Part shown: piece by piece, positions 1-12,200 of the stretch | Position numbering within the stretch: position 1 is the stretch's first letter | How the letters are laid out: the number at the start of each line of letters is the position of its first letter | Assembly: GCA_051294905.1 (NCBI GenBank) | Contig: CM119378.1 | Coordinates: 2,482,001-2,546,000 of the forward strand | From: Botryllus schlosseri | Lineage: Eukaryota | Length of the DNA stretch: 64,000 nucleotides | Direction: 5' to 3' | Notes under the pieces: model-generated | The model's input: the letters and a program-made list of their open reading frames with translations, nothing else | Databases searched by the model: none | What the model was told of the DNA's origin: nothing | Position numbers and translations under genes: made by a program

Positions 1-348
1 GAAGAGTGTCAGCCGAAAATATTGGGGTATATTTTAATATCAATATATTCCTCAGTTGTATATTGAAGTTCCATACCTCCAAGAGTTCTCCAAAAATTAA
101 GTAGTCGGTGCTAACTGCTGTATCCATCAAACTCCAGATTCTCTTTACATAAACGTTCAAGTACCTCCATCGTATTATTTAAAATTCTGTAAGGACTATA
201 TAACTATAGATCTATAACTATGGACTACTGTCTGTATGTTGTATATAATGTATCTATACATGGATACATATTCTTGTCTAAGTGCTGTATGGATGTTATA
301 TATATCATGCTTTTTATCCTATGGTAAGCGATCTACGCATGTTTTCAG

Positions 349-465
349 AGGAAAGAGTTGCTGGAAGAGAGGGAGGAAGAGGAGAGACTGAAGAGAGAGA
401 AAGAGGCTCGACAAAAACGAGCGGAAATCAAACATCAACAGTGGTGCGAAGAAAGAATGCTCAAG
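349..465 (+). CDS. CCDC34: CCDC34-like exon RKELLEER...EERMLK
   Basis: ttttcag acceptor, gtctga donor, 117 nt open. Confidence 0.8.
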
Positions 466-3400
466 GTCTGAATTTGATCAATATCATCGAAAAAGCTCAC
501 TTAATAAGAATGACTTTTGTTAGCTAGGTCCGACTATGCAAATTTGAGTTCCTTGATAGTTGATATTATAATTTATTTCATTGTCTCTGCAATTGAAGCT
601 ATAGTTGCAATTGATTAACCGGCGGGTTTTTCCGCAAAAATTTGCATTACTTTTCAAAATTGTAGAATACGATCTGAATAGTATGTGAAACCAACGAGTA
701 ATGTATCGTTGGATTCAGTATTTCAACGCCTAACTAGCCATGCGACGAGCTAGACGAGAACAGGGCAACCGAGTCTGTATATAATCAAGAGAGGGTCTGA
801 CTGCGTGTTTATGGTGAAACACTCGACCATGTTTTGATAGTATCGATCGAATAAGTTGGGCAAAAGTGGTCACTCGTGGCTTGTTTAAAAGAAGAAATCT
901 CTGCCGCAGTGAATAGCACATACTTATTTGCACTAGGTATACATTGTGGACTCTATAAGGAAGAAACCAAAACTTGTCTATTTTTACAAGATTATCTCGT
1001 CTTCTTGATTGTATACACGCTCGGCTGCCCTGCTCTCGTCTAGCTTCGTGGTGTAGTTGGTTAGGTATTGAAATTCTGAATCCAACGATATATTTACTTG
1101 TTGCTTTCACATCAAATTAAGGTCATGTTTTACAGTTTTGAAAAGTGAAGCAAATTTTTTCCGAAATACCAACCAACCGGTTAAAAATGTAATAATTCCA
1201 TGAATGGTTGACTACAGTCACAATGCAATCAATTAGACGTTAGAAATGCTCCGTTGCTTCCATTTATTATTGGGACAGGTGAAATGTGACGTAAGTTTAA
1301 GTAGTTTTGCTCACAATACTGTTGAAGTAGGTGTGGAAATGGTCTAAAAACAAGTAGCCGAAACCTATGCGACTACCCAAAAAAGTTGAACTGCTTCGTT
1401 AGTGACCGCCTCGGTGTAATACATTCTTCATGATGCTGTGAATACGTAGTTAATCATCATTCAGTATTTCTATTGATCCATTCTTTCGTTGAATGGTTCA
1501 CTCGTTACAGTTGAAGCTTCAACGGCTCGCGGAGAAACGCGAGAGAATGCTACAAGAGGAGTTGAAATCGCAAAAAGAGGCAGAAATCCGAGAAAAAGCA
1601 AAATCAGCCTACCAGAAATGGTCGGAGCAGCAGATGCAGAAAGATAAAGAATTACGGGAAAAAGTATGTTGACTGCATGGCCTACTCGAGTACACATTAA
1701 AAGTAGAATTATTTCGATACTGACGGCTTTTGGCAAATTTCTGATATTTCTGATCTCATCGAGGTTAAATTTGCGCGCGCCGCGTTTACCTATAAGAATT
1801 TCGGTTTCTGCCGCAGGAACGGGAGAAGAAAGAAAAGGAACAGGCCGAATTGGAGGAAAGACAGAGAAAGAACGAAGAAAGTTTCCAACAGTGGTTGAAG
1901 AAAGTCAAAGAAAACAGAGCTCCTACATCTTGTCAGAAATCAGGTGAAAATAGCGTTTCGGAAGTAGACCATGAACTCTATATTAGGACACGATGTAGTT
2001 AAAAACATTCTGAATGCCTAAATCAATTTATCTCTCTAATTAATGGACAGACGTACGTTCTCCCGTAAAAATTCTTGTAATTTGCAATCGAGATATTCAC
2101 GGAAATTGCAGGGTTGTAACCAAGTCACAAAGTTCACAAGTCAATTTGACCATGATGGCTTTGACTCGAGTCAAGTCGAGTCACCAAGAAATGGCGGCTC
2201 GAGTCCGAATCATGTAGGGTCATTACAACCCTGGTAAATTGTAATATATTTGGCTGGTTGAGCAGGGAGTACCACTGGTCTAAACAACACGTTTAAGCGG
2301 GCCACTTATTGGCTAGAACAAGTATGGTAAATCATAGGGTTAGCTCTGGACATACATTTACCCAGGATTGTAAGGGCTTGAGTTCAACTCGGGTCACGAT
2401 TTTTGGATGACTCGGACTTGACTCGAGTCATTTTTTCAAATGCGTGAAAAGACTCGACTCGAGTCAATTTGTTTATTGACTCGACTTGTACTCGAGTCAT
2501 TGTGCATGACTCGAGACTAGGACGGCAAAGACAGACATTCCATTGTAACTTCGAAGAATAGTAAAGTCACCACATTATTGGTAATTCAGACTTGGACAAC
2601 TAGAAAATTTTCAGCTTTTCCAAATTGGTTTAGAATTATAGCTAGGCCTACACAGCTTTTTCCAAATTAGAATAGAATTAGAGCTACACAGCTTTTTCCA
2701 AATTAGATTAGAATTAGAATTAGAGCTACACAACATTTTCAAAATAAGATTAGAATTAAAGCTACACAACTTTTTCAAAAGTAGATTAGAATTATAGCTA
2801 CACAGCTTTTTCCAAATTAGATTAGAATTAAAATTACGGCTACACAACTTTTTCCAAATTAGATTAGAATTAGAATTAGAGCTACACAACTTTTTCCAAA
2901 TTAGTTTAGAATTAGAGCTACACAACTTTTTCAAAAGTAGATTAGAATTATAGCTACACAGCTTTCTCCAAATTAGATTAGAATTAGAATTAGAGCTACA
3001 CAACTTTTTCAAAAGTAGATTAGAATTATAGCTACACAGCTTTTTCCAAATTAGATTAGAATTATAGCTACACAGCTTTTTCCAAATTAGATTAGAATTA
3101 GAGCTACACAACTTTTTCCAAATTAGATTAGAATTAGAACTAGAGCTGCACAACTTTTTCCAAATTAGATTAGAATTAGAATTAGAGCTACACAACTTTT
3201 TCAAAAGTAGATTAGAATTATAGCTACACAGCTTTTTCCAAATTAGATTAGAATTAGAATTAGAGCTACACAACTTTTTCAAAAGTAGATTAGAATTATA
3301 GCTACACAGCTTTTTTCCAAATTAGATTAGAATTAGAGCTACACAACTTTTTCCAAATTAGATTAGAATTAGAACTAGAGCTGCACAACTTTTTCCAAAT

Positions 3401-5161
3401 TAGATTAGAATTAGAATTAGAGCTACACAACTTTTTCCAAATTAGATTAGAATTAAAGCTACACAACTTTTTCAAAAGTAGATTAGAATTATAGCTACAC
3501 AGCTTTTTCCAAATTAGATTAGAATTAGAGCTACACAACTTTTTCCAAATTAGATTAGAATTAGAGCTACGCAGATCTTTTAAAATTATACTAGAATTAG
3601 AATTACTGAATTCGTAAAAACTTGGAAATTGATTGAAATTATGAATCGGAAACAAATAGAGCAGAAACGAAGTTCAATTCATATCAAATCACAGGGCGTT
3701 CTCATAAGCATGAAAATGGGAATAATGTAAAGCATTTTGAAAAGCTGAAATTGATTTTAGTTTCAAATTATTGTTGTTTCAAAATAAGATTTTCGCGCAT
3801 ACCCACCACTATTCTGCACCAGCTTAAACGGCTTCGGCGTTGTACTAACGCGTGACTATTATCCGTCACAATAACTACCATGATTGTACGCTGTAACCAG
3901 AGTGTAACGAATGCGATGGCGGCTTGACACTGGATTTCCCTGGGCGAGAGGGATATTCATGTTAACTCGTTGCAAAATGCTGCGGACAACGAGTAATTTT
4001 CAGGAAAACAATGAATTAGATAAAATTAGAGCATGAGAACATTTCATAAATTATAATTAAGCATAGAAACATTCCACGAATTAGATTAGAACTAGATTAC
4101 TTGCATCATCAATCAATCAGTTTTATTAATATTTTCATTGTTTCAAAACACCATAAAACTGCGATACAATTAAGTGAAATTAACCAACAGAATTATCTAG
4201 TTGTCCAAGTCTGATTGGTATTTCGTCTATCAGTCCTGAAATAGGGTCAGAAACTTTTAGGACTGAACAAAATCACGATATTATGAATGCGAGCCATTCT
4301 GCATTCTACTGAGTAGAAAAAGAGTATTGAAGTCAAAACTGATCAGTGAACACAATGACTCGGACTCGACCCACTACTCTTTGACTCGAACTCGGACTTG
4401 ACTTGGCGCTGAATTGCAAATGACTCGACTTGACTCGAGTCAAAATTATGAAAGTGAGATTGACTTGTGACTCGGAACCTTGTGACTTGGTTCAACCCTG
4501 CGTTTAGTCCTCTATATCTAGAGTTGTCATCGACATGACTGAAAAAATATGGACAGCCAAACAAACCACGAAATTAGTAAACTAAAAAAGGTCAACACAC
4601 TTGACGAGTCTAATGTCACACTTTGGTCGTCATGGCATCATTGCCGAAAACAAGGACAAACTCGATACAAATACGTACAGACTAAGGTCACCAGTCAAAA
4701 TTAAGGGCAAATCTGAGAAATAAGGACAACGCCGTTTTACCAGACATCGACCTGCAAAATATGGACAAGTCTGAGAAATAAATCACAACCCCGTACATAT
4801 CTCATGCCAGCACGTTAAGCAGCACATTCCTTTTCCAGACGGACCCACGGGCTATCCCTCTCCATCTTTCCAAAACCCGCGTCCTTGGGTGGGACCCATG
4901 TCCGACAAGTACACTCGCGACGCCGTACGCCGACAGCACAAGCAGATGATAGCGGAAAAGCACGCCGTCATTCAAAAGCAACGCGCCAGGCCGGCGACCG
5001 CGTCGATAAAGAAAGGACTGGTTAAGACAGGTCCGCAGAAAAACAAGGGAGTGTTGATATGCAGGCCCGCTTCCGCGAACCCGCTGTTTTACAACGTTCC
5101 GAACAGGAACAATCGCAAGTTTATGCAGGACACGAAAGTGTCCACGAGAGGGAGATCTTGA
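349..5161 (+). CDS. CCDC34: Coiled-coil domain-containing protein 34-like, 3' part (4 coding exons; 5' exons lie outside the window)
   Basis: AG/GT-bounded exons 349-465, 1511-1663, 1817-1943 and 4839-5161 join in frame (phases 0,0,1). They encode an E/K/R-rich coiled coil with periodic W (HQQWCEE, YQKWSEQ, FQQWLKK), then YPSPSFQNPRPWVGP, which resembles the CCDC34 C-terminal motif as I recall it. Confidence 0.75.
619..1180. mobile_element. MITE with TTAA target duplication (piggyBac-like termini) in a CCDC34-like intron
   Basis: TTAA|CCGG...CCGG|TTAA; long imperfect TIRs. Confidence 0.65.
1511..1663 (+). CDS. CCDC34: CCDC34-like exon LKLQRLAEK...KELREK
   Basis: gttacag acceptor, gtatgt donor, 153 nt open. 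Confidence 0.85.
1817..1943 (+). CDS. CCDC34: CCDC34-like exon EREKKEKE...CQKS
   Basis: ccgcag acceptor, gtgaaa donor, 127 nt, phase 1 end. Confidence 0.85.
2109..2233. mobile_element. Short GACTCGAGTC-family MITE
   Basis: TIR CAGGGTTGTAA; TSD GGAAATTG/GTAAATTG. Confidence 0.8.
2586..4214. mobile_element. TIR element carrying a minisatellite
   Basis: 19-bp perfect TIR TCAGACTTGGACAACTAGA; TSD TTGGTAAT/TTGGTATT. Confidence 0.85.
2610..3605. repeat. Minisatellite, about 24 units of 39 or 45 bp
   Basis: Consensus AATTAGATTAGAA(TTAGAA)TTAGAGCTACACAACTTTTTCCA, with a CAAAAGTAG variant. Confidence 0.95.
4839..5161 (+). CDS. CCDC34: CCDC34-like last coding exon DGPTGYPSPSFQNPRPW...TRGRS*
   Basis: ttttccag acceptor; in frame with ORF 4889..5161; GC-richer, coding-like composition. 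Confidence 0.8.
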
Positions 5162-5925
5162 GACATAGAAACACTGGGACAGTGTTTAATTATGGATATG
5201 ATACCTATAAAGGTTAGTTATCTATGGTTGAATAATGTCACCTGTTGTTTCTGTCATCACCATTACTCAAAATTGCAATATGAAACGTGTTGCAGAGCAA
5301 TATCGGAAGGTTTCAAGCTTTCTAAAAATATATCTTTAGTCCATTGTATCGTAGTGTAACAGACATTGTGAGTTGAATTTTGAAATACATTGAATCGGAC
5401 TTGAATTATTTGTGGTTATTTTCAATTCTCATATGTAGAGTTATGGCAGTAATAAAACGAATCGGGATAATTTACTAATGACTTCTTGTCGTCAAGTGGC
5501 ATCTTTAATAAAAGCACAGACAAGGGAAGGCAGAACACGGAGATAATGAACACTATCAGTGCCACATCATTCAACCAAAGTGGATGTATTATTGACAGGC
5601 TGCACGCTGCACAGTACAGTCGTTTCCGCACCCTCATACTTCGTTGCAAGGCGCTGTGTCTTCGGCGGATGATGATGCTGTTTGATCGAAAGACTGCTTC
5701 GAGTTGTGTCGACTTCCCATATTTTACGTTATTGCAATCTTTTGTGGTGTTTTAAAACAGTGAATAATCTGTACTGACTACTGAGTATGGTTATGAGCAA
5801 AATTATCATTGACGTGCGGTACCTAGGTCTACTCAAATGTTGAAATTTTCGAGACTAGTTAAAATAGCGTAACCAGATTTTGAGATCCGAATTAGATAAC
5901 ACTTATTACAAGTCACGAAATATTT

Positions 5926-7334
5926 TAGAGTTACCATACGACCTCCTTTAGCAGGATTTGTCCTCCCCTTTCGGGTTTTTGATAATGTCCTCCGGGGACG
6001 CCTAAATGTTCTCCTTTTTGAGATTTTGTCCTCTTTTTTGAGAATTTATGTTAATTATAGGGCAAATTCGATTGAGATACAGTAAATCAGCACTGAAGTA
6101 ACGCTCCGGCGGCTATTTTGGGAGCTGAGCCCGAAAGTTGACCTTTTGTTAAGTCAACCACCTGCTAATGTGAAAGAAAAACTGTATTTTGGGCGCTGAG
6201 CGAGAAATTTGACCTTTTTTTAGTCAACCGACCACCAAGCAGTGTTGGGATCAAGTCACTACCTTCGAGTCACGAGTCATCTCGAGTCATTACAGATTTT
6301 GACTCGAGTCAAGTCAAGTCAATCGATTTTCAAAGGTGACTCGAGTCAAGTCAAGTCACTCGTTTTTTGGAGGTGACTCGAGTCAAGTCAAGTCAAGTCA
6401 CGAGTCAAGTCACAATTCAAGTCAAATTGAATTTTCGATGTATGAATGAGGATTCAAAGTCATTACATTTTGCTAGATGTGTGAAAGACAGATTAATTGA
6501 TCCTCTATCTTGAATCAAATGACGAATATCTAGTTAAATATAAATGCAAAAAGACGTTGTATCCCTCACGCACACGTAGAACTGCTAATAAAATACGTGA
6601 GTATTTGTACGGCTACATGCTATACAGTGAGATTATTATCAGCCAAAATGTAGGACCTAATACGAAGCTTCGAGAAATTGAAACAAATTGATATGGTACA
6701 ATAACCTACGACACCCATTTACACATCCGTGAGAATATAAACGCACAAACTATATTTGTTCGATTTAAATCATACAAGAGGGTTGGTAAATGTGAGCAGT
6801 GCGCAACGTTAAGCATTGAGCCGTCTAAGAAACAGAAACACATTGCTATTTAGATCAATCTTCTACTACTACTTCGACAACGTAGGCTGTGCTTGTTTAG
6901 TTTGCGATCAATTTATTTGTGATCCAACAATGGAGGATGACTGTAACGTAGAATCATGAATGACTGGTTGCTCTCACCAGTAACACCTGCGTACCTCAAA
7001 CCGTCCGAACATACACAGGATACAGTGATATATATTCGACACCGTTTACTTGATGACTTGAAATTGACTCGTAAATTTTGGTCCGAGTCGCGAGTCAATG
7101 CACATTTTTGAAGCTCCGAGTCAAGTCAAGTCAAGTCATTTTTCCAAAGTGACTCGAGTCAAGTCAAGTCATATGAAAATTGACTCGAGTCTGACTCGAT
7201 TCTAGTCATGACTCGAGTCATCCCAACACTGCCACCAAGTGAGTAAATTTACCATAATTTTACAAGATTTTCCTCCGGTATTCTAAGTTTGGAAAAGTGT
7301 CCTCATTTCCCAATTACAAAATATGGTAGCCCTG
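5926..7334. mobile_element. TAGGGTTACCA-family MITE, host of 6240-7231
   Basis: Homologous (inverted) to 54924-55265; flanking CGAAATAT repeat. Confidence 0.75.
6240..7231. mobile_element. 992-bp non-autonomous hAT-type element with GAGTCAAGTC subterminal arrays
   Basis: TIR CAGTGTTGGGAT; perfect TSD CCACCAAG. Confidence 0.9.
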
Positions 7335-7855
7335 CGAAATATCAAGTCGCTTTCATAAATACGGGGAATTTATTGATAGAGGTTAACTAAAAAAGTGTCG
7401 ATCGTTTTTCCGACTTGACTCACGAAAGACCCGTCCCCACGATTAATCGGTTAGAGTTGAGCATTTTTAGTCAACCTTGCCGTCGGAATTCAGATTATGG
7501 CTTAATTAAATTGTATCTGTATGATCACCGGACTCTCAAAGATATAAAGGAGGACGAATTGCGAAAAAAAATGACATTTGGGCGTTCTCGGAGTACATTT
7601 TAGATTTCTTGAACAAGAAATCTAAAACTACTTCAAGCGGATGGTCGTAGATTTCCGGTATACAATCGCCAGTGAAAGCTTCAAAATTCCAAGTGCCGTC
7701 TCCGTGTAACGAAGAATGACTAGTGTACTGTTGACATAAGTGGGCGCCATTTGATAACCAAGTTTAATGTGATACTGGTACTATTCCTAAACGCTTACGC
7801 GTTCACTTTATGAGCGTATGTGCAATGAAGGTAAATCTATTTATTGTAGGGTTAC

Positions 7856-8399
7856 CAGGGTTGTAATGACTCGACTCGAGTCACGATTTTCAGATGACTC
7901 GACTCGACTCGAGTAATTTTCTCAAAATACGGAAATGACTCGACTCGACTCAATCTGTGTATTGACTCGACTTGGACTCGAGTCATTGCGCATGGCTCGA
8001 AGCAAGTCATTGACTCGAGATTCAGACTGCCAAGACCGATATTTCATTGTAATTTCGAAGCCAACACACTATCGGGATTTCGTTTGTTGGTACTGGTGCT
8101 TGAAAATGCGACCAGAAACTGCTAAAAGTGAGGAAAATTGATATATTATAAATGCGAACCATTCAATATCACCAAACAGAGTTAAAAAAGTGGGTTTAGG
8201 AAGACTTTAACTGGAAACTGAGCAGTCAACACAATGACTTGGACTCGAGTCATAATACCATGACTCGGACTCGATCCCCTGTTCGCTGACTTGGACTTGA
8301 CTCTGTGGGAATTGAAAATGACTCGACTTGACTCGAGTCAAAAATATAAAAGTGAGATTGACTTGTGACTCGGAGCCTTGTGACTTGGTTACAACCCTG
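7856..8399. mobile_element. 544-bp GACTCGAGTC-family MITE inserted into the TIR of another MITE
   Basis: TIR CAGGGTTGTAA; perfect TSD AGGGTTAC. Confidence 0.9.
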
Positions 8400-8679
8400 A
8401 GGGTTACCATACGTCCTCTTTTTTGACTTTCTTGAAAGTGTCCTCAGAGGACGCCCTTTTGTACTCTTTTTTGAGAATTTTGGTCATATTCATAGTAAAA
8501 TTCGACTAAGATACCGTAAATCAGCACTGAAGTGACGCTCCGGCGCGTATTTCGGGAGCTCAGTGGAAAGTTGACCTATCATCATTATTATTATAGATAG
8601 TGTATTTCTTAGTTAGGACACCAGTCTTAACCTTTGACGAATGTCGTCCTACATTAGAATCAATCCAGCATCAACGAGT

Positions 8680-8685
8680 TTTATT
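8680..8685 (-). promoter_or_regulatory. Candidate AATAAA polyadenylation signal of DERA
   Basis: AATAAA on the minus strand about 500 nt downstream of the DERA stop codon. Confidence 0.4.
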
Positions 8686-9181
8686 GCAAATTAGCACACA
8701 ATGAAATTGCATAGAACCACAGACGGATACAGACTGTACTAAATTATTATCACATTGTAAACAAGGAATCTACCCGTCTCTGGATCACGCAGGAACATTC
8801 ATACAACACGACACAGTTGTAAAGTTATTGAGACACCACAATTTCAATTAATATCCAGCATTGCGTTAAACAAGAATATTATCACTATGGTCATGGAAAT
8901 TTTAAGGAGCAGTGGCCGAAATTTTGAAATATTGGCATCTCACTGATCCAGAGTAATGGCAACAAACAACGGGTGATACGAACTCATGGATATGAAAAAC
9001 AATATGACAGTTTTGCATAACACAAAGATGCAGTACGGCAAATGATGAAAAAAGGCATGAATTGGTAAAAGATTTCTGGGCTATGATAAAATATGATGCG
9101 AGCATTAAAATTAGAACTTGTGAATTTTGGCAAATTGGATATGAAGACTGCAGGCTAAAGGCTTTTTGACGGCGAAGTTTT

Positions 9182-9238
9182 TCACGCCATAGGTAGTTGG
9201 TGTGATGCGGCATAACGTCCAGTAACGTAATGATATAT
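9182..9238 (-). CDS. DERA: DERA exon 9 (IYHYVTGRYAASHQLPMA*)
   Basis: ttccag acceptor, TGA stop, 57 nt. Confidence 0.95.
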   Translation of the reverse strand: MYHYVTGRYAASHQLPMA

Positions 9239-12200
9239 CTGGAAGCAAAAACACACTGTTACTATTGTACAAGTCGAAGCCTAGTTGTAGGATAAATCCA
9301 AATTTTAGAGATTAGGTAACTGTGAATCGAAAATGGCTTGGAACCAGAGGGCTGGGGTGTACTCGAGTAGATTTGACTTTTCCAAAGGTGGTCAGTCACT
9401 GAGTACTTCTACTGTGTTGGAGTACCAAGCAGGTTTGGCCGGCTTGCGGTCTTACTGAAGCGGTCGTGTTTTAGATTCCTTCCACTTCTACCTGGGCGGC
9501 TATTATTCCAAACTACTTACTCCTTACATTTTGGATTTTAAATAGTAGAAATTAGTTGGAAATCACTTTTATGGGCGAAAAATTCATAAGAACGGCGTGA
9601 AATAACCTCTGTGTCACGGTAACTGAATTTATTTACAATTTGTCATCAGCAGTCAGTTCTTTCCAATTCTCTGCTAGTTGCTGACGATTATCCCTGACAT
9701 TTGGGTTCACTTCAATATGAATATATATTTTATCGTATATTGAGGTTCTGTGCCCCCAAGATTCAATACCGCACCTGTCGTTCAATGTCTGTCAGTAGCG
9801 ACGACGCACCGATTCGAAACAGATCGTTTCTCAACCACTCATCCCCCAATTCCTCTTTCATCAACGAAAGCCACGTACACGCGTCCTTGGCGGTCCGGAT
9901 TCCGCCGGCCGGCTTGAATCCCACCTTCAAAGCAAGAGCGAGATTGTCATCGGTGTGGCTCTAGTTGTCTCAGTCACAATTATTCGCTACCACCCACCTT
10001 GAACCCCGTTCTGTGATAATATTCTCTGATGGCCCGGACCATGACGAGACCGACCGGCAGCGTCGCATTCACCCCTTCTTTTCCGGTCGATGTTTTGATG
10101 AAGTCAGACCCTGTGATAAAACATAACATTTCAATATAGCGAAGTCCCATTTCCATGTACTTCTGTTTGTCGGGCCTTTGTAAACAAACTCTTGCTTTCA
10201 AGATTACCTCAATTAGAGTATAATGTATATAACTCAGACTTTTCATGCGACCATTATCAAGATTAACGGTGCAGTAACAAGCATGTAAACAGAGATTTAA
10301 ATGAAAACCAATTCGCCTTAGTATGAAGTGAGAATGAAATTGAAAAACACACAGAGACGAAGCAAGCTGTACACCAAACCGTACAATACACGGAAAAACG
10401 TTAGATATACACATAGCAATGTGTGTTAATGAATTATTTTAAAACTGCAAGTGTAAAGGAACTCCTTCTGTTGGTATAAATCTGGATTTTCTAATTTTGA
10501 AATATTCAGAACCAAATCTCGCATTTTGTTATATAACCAACCATTCCATATTTAGAAATATAAGGGTCTCATTACTGTCGTATTAATGTCATTTTCAAAA
10601 TAAAGCACAGCTTAATATTGCAGCTTATCACCGGGAGGTTAATCGCCACACAAGTATTGAAAATATTTATCACTATTTGAACTTTGATACAAGCCGTTTG
10701 TTTTTCTCGTCAGCAATTTCAAGTGATATTGCTGTTTGATATCATGACACAGCAGTCTGATATAATTCTTGTGCTGCATTGGCGATTGAACAATATTGAA
10801 TACTTCTCAGTAAGAATCAAGAAACTGTACCATAGCCCACCAGGAACTAAATCAATGAATGATGAATCATCAAGTTTCCATACAATTGTAAGGGAAGTGC
10901 CTGAATAAAAGCATTAGGCTGATACAATATTTTTCTTCCTGTCAGCAATTATAACTGATATTGTTGATTTGGTTGATATGATTAATGGCACAGCATGATA
11001 TTTAAATTCTTGGGCTGCATTCAACATACAACAATATTGAATACATTCAGCAAGAATAGAGATAATGTACCATACCATAAATCAAATCAATGAAACATTA
11101 GGCATTGACAAAATTGTAAGTAAAGGAGTTGCTAAAATAAAAACAGTATGCTGACATCAGATAAAGTGCTGCAAACAAACAGAATGATTCAATCCCGGAA
11201 GTGCATTGAACATTGGTCAATATTGAATACACTTCCGTAAGAATTGAGACACTCTACCATTCCAGAAACGAAACCAATGAATCATAGCGGTTCCAGACAA
11301 TTGCAAGTAAATGAGATGCTTGAATTCAATTCTTGGGTTGCATTGCACATTGAAAAATACTGAATACATTTCAGTAAGATTCAACACACTGTACCATACC
11401 ATAAATCAAATCAATGAATCATTATGCTTGAATAAAATTGTAAGTAAATGAAATGGCTGAAAAATCTATTAGGCTAACTTTGATACAATGCTTGCTTGCA
11501 TTGAACATTGAGAAATATTGAATACATTTTAGTAAGAATAGAGGCACTGTACCATACCAGCATACCATGAACCAAACCAATGAATCATCACGCTTGGATG
11601 AAATGGAAATGAATCAGATGCCTGAATAAAACATCGAGCCAGAAGTGGGCACTATGCAGCCCACAACGCCCACGAAAACTTCCTTGGAATTTACACCATA
11701 AAATACATTTAACGTTAATTGTGGGGACAAAAACTGCGGTATAAAATGATCCGAAAATGCGTTTAATTTGTAGCCTAGTTTATTCACATACCAAGATTAC
11801 ATAACCTACGTACCTTATGCGTGTAATCCAGGTTCAAAATAAAGCCAATATAGCAAATTATGCCGTAACAATCACGGTAAATTTACAAGTCACAGTTTCC
11901 ATATTCAAGTTTAAATCTTGTTTGCTGCCAGGTCTGTGGTTTACACTATTACGCCATGCGTTTCAAAATCCTAATTCACAAAATACTGGAATTAGTGCAC
12001 GTGATTAATGGACATCCTCACTCACAAACGATGCTATGTCAATGAAAGATGCGCCTGAAGACCGTCATTTCAACAAGATTTGGAGCACAAAATATTGGCT
12101 TACTGAAGTCAGCTGTGAGTAGGTCCTTTTAGTTCAGTGGTTCCCAAACGGTGGGGAATTCCCCAGTGGTGGGGAATTCAATGATTTCTGGTGGGGAATA

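Larger units (their letters stand above)
2363..4500. mobile_element. GACTCGAGTC-family MITE split by the element at 2586-4214
   Basis: Both halves align with the intact copy 7856-8399. Confidence 0.8.

Noticed and set aside
2610..3605. CRISPR-like regular array
   Set aside because: Units are contiguous with no unique spacers, there are no cas genes, and the context is eukaryotic.
2611..3655. 223-aa and 117-aa ORFs with WKKLCSSNSN repeats, resembling a repeat protein
   Set aside because: They are translations of a minisatellite inside a MITE, antisense within an intron, with no ATG context or splice support.
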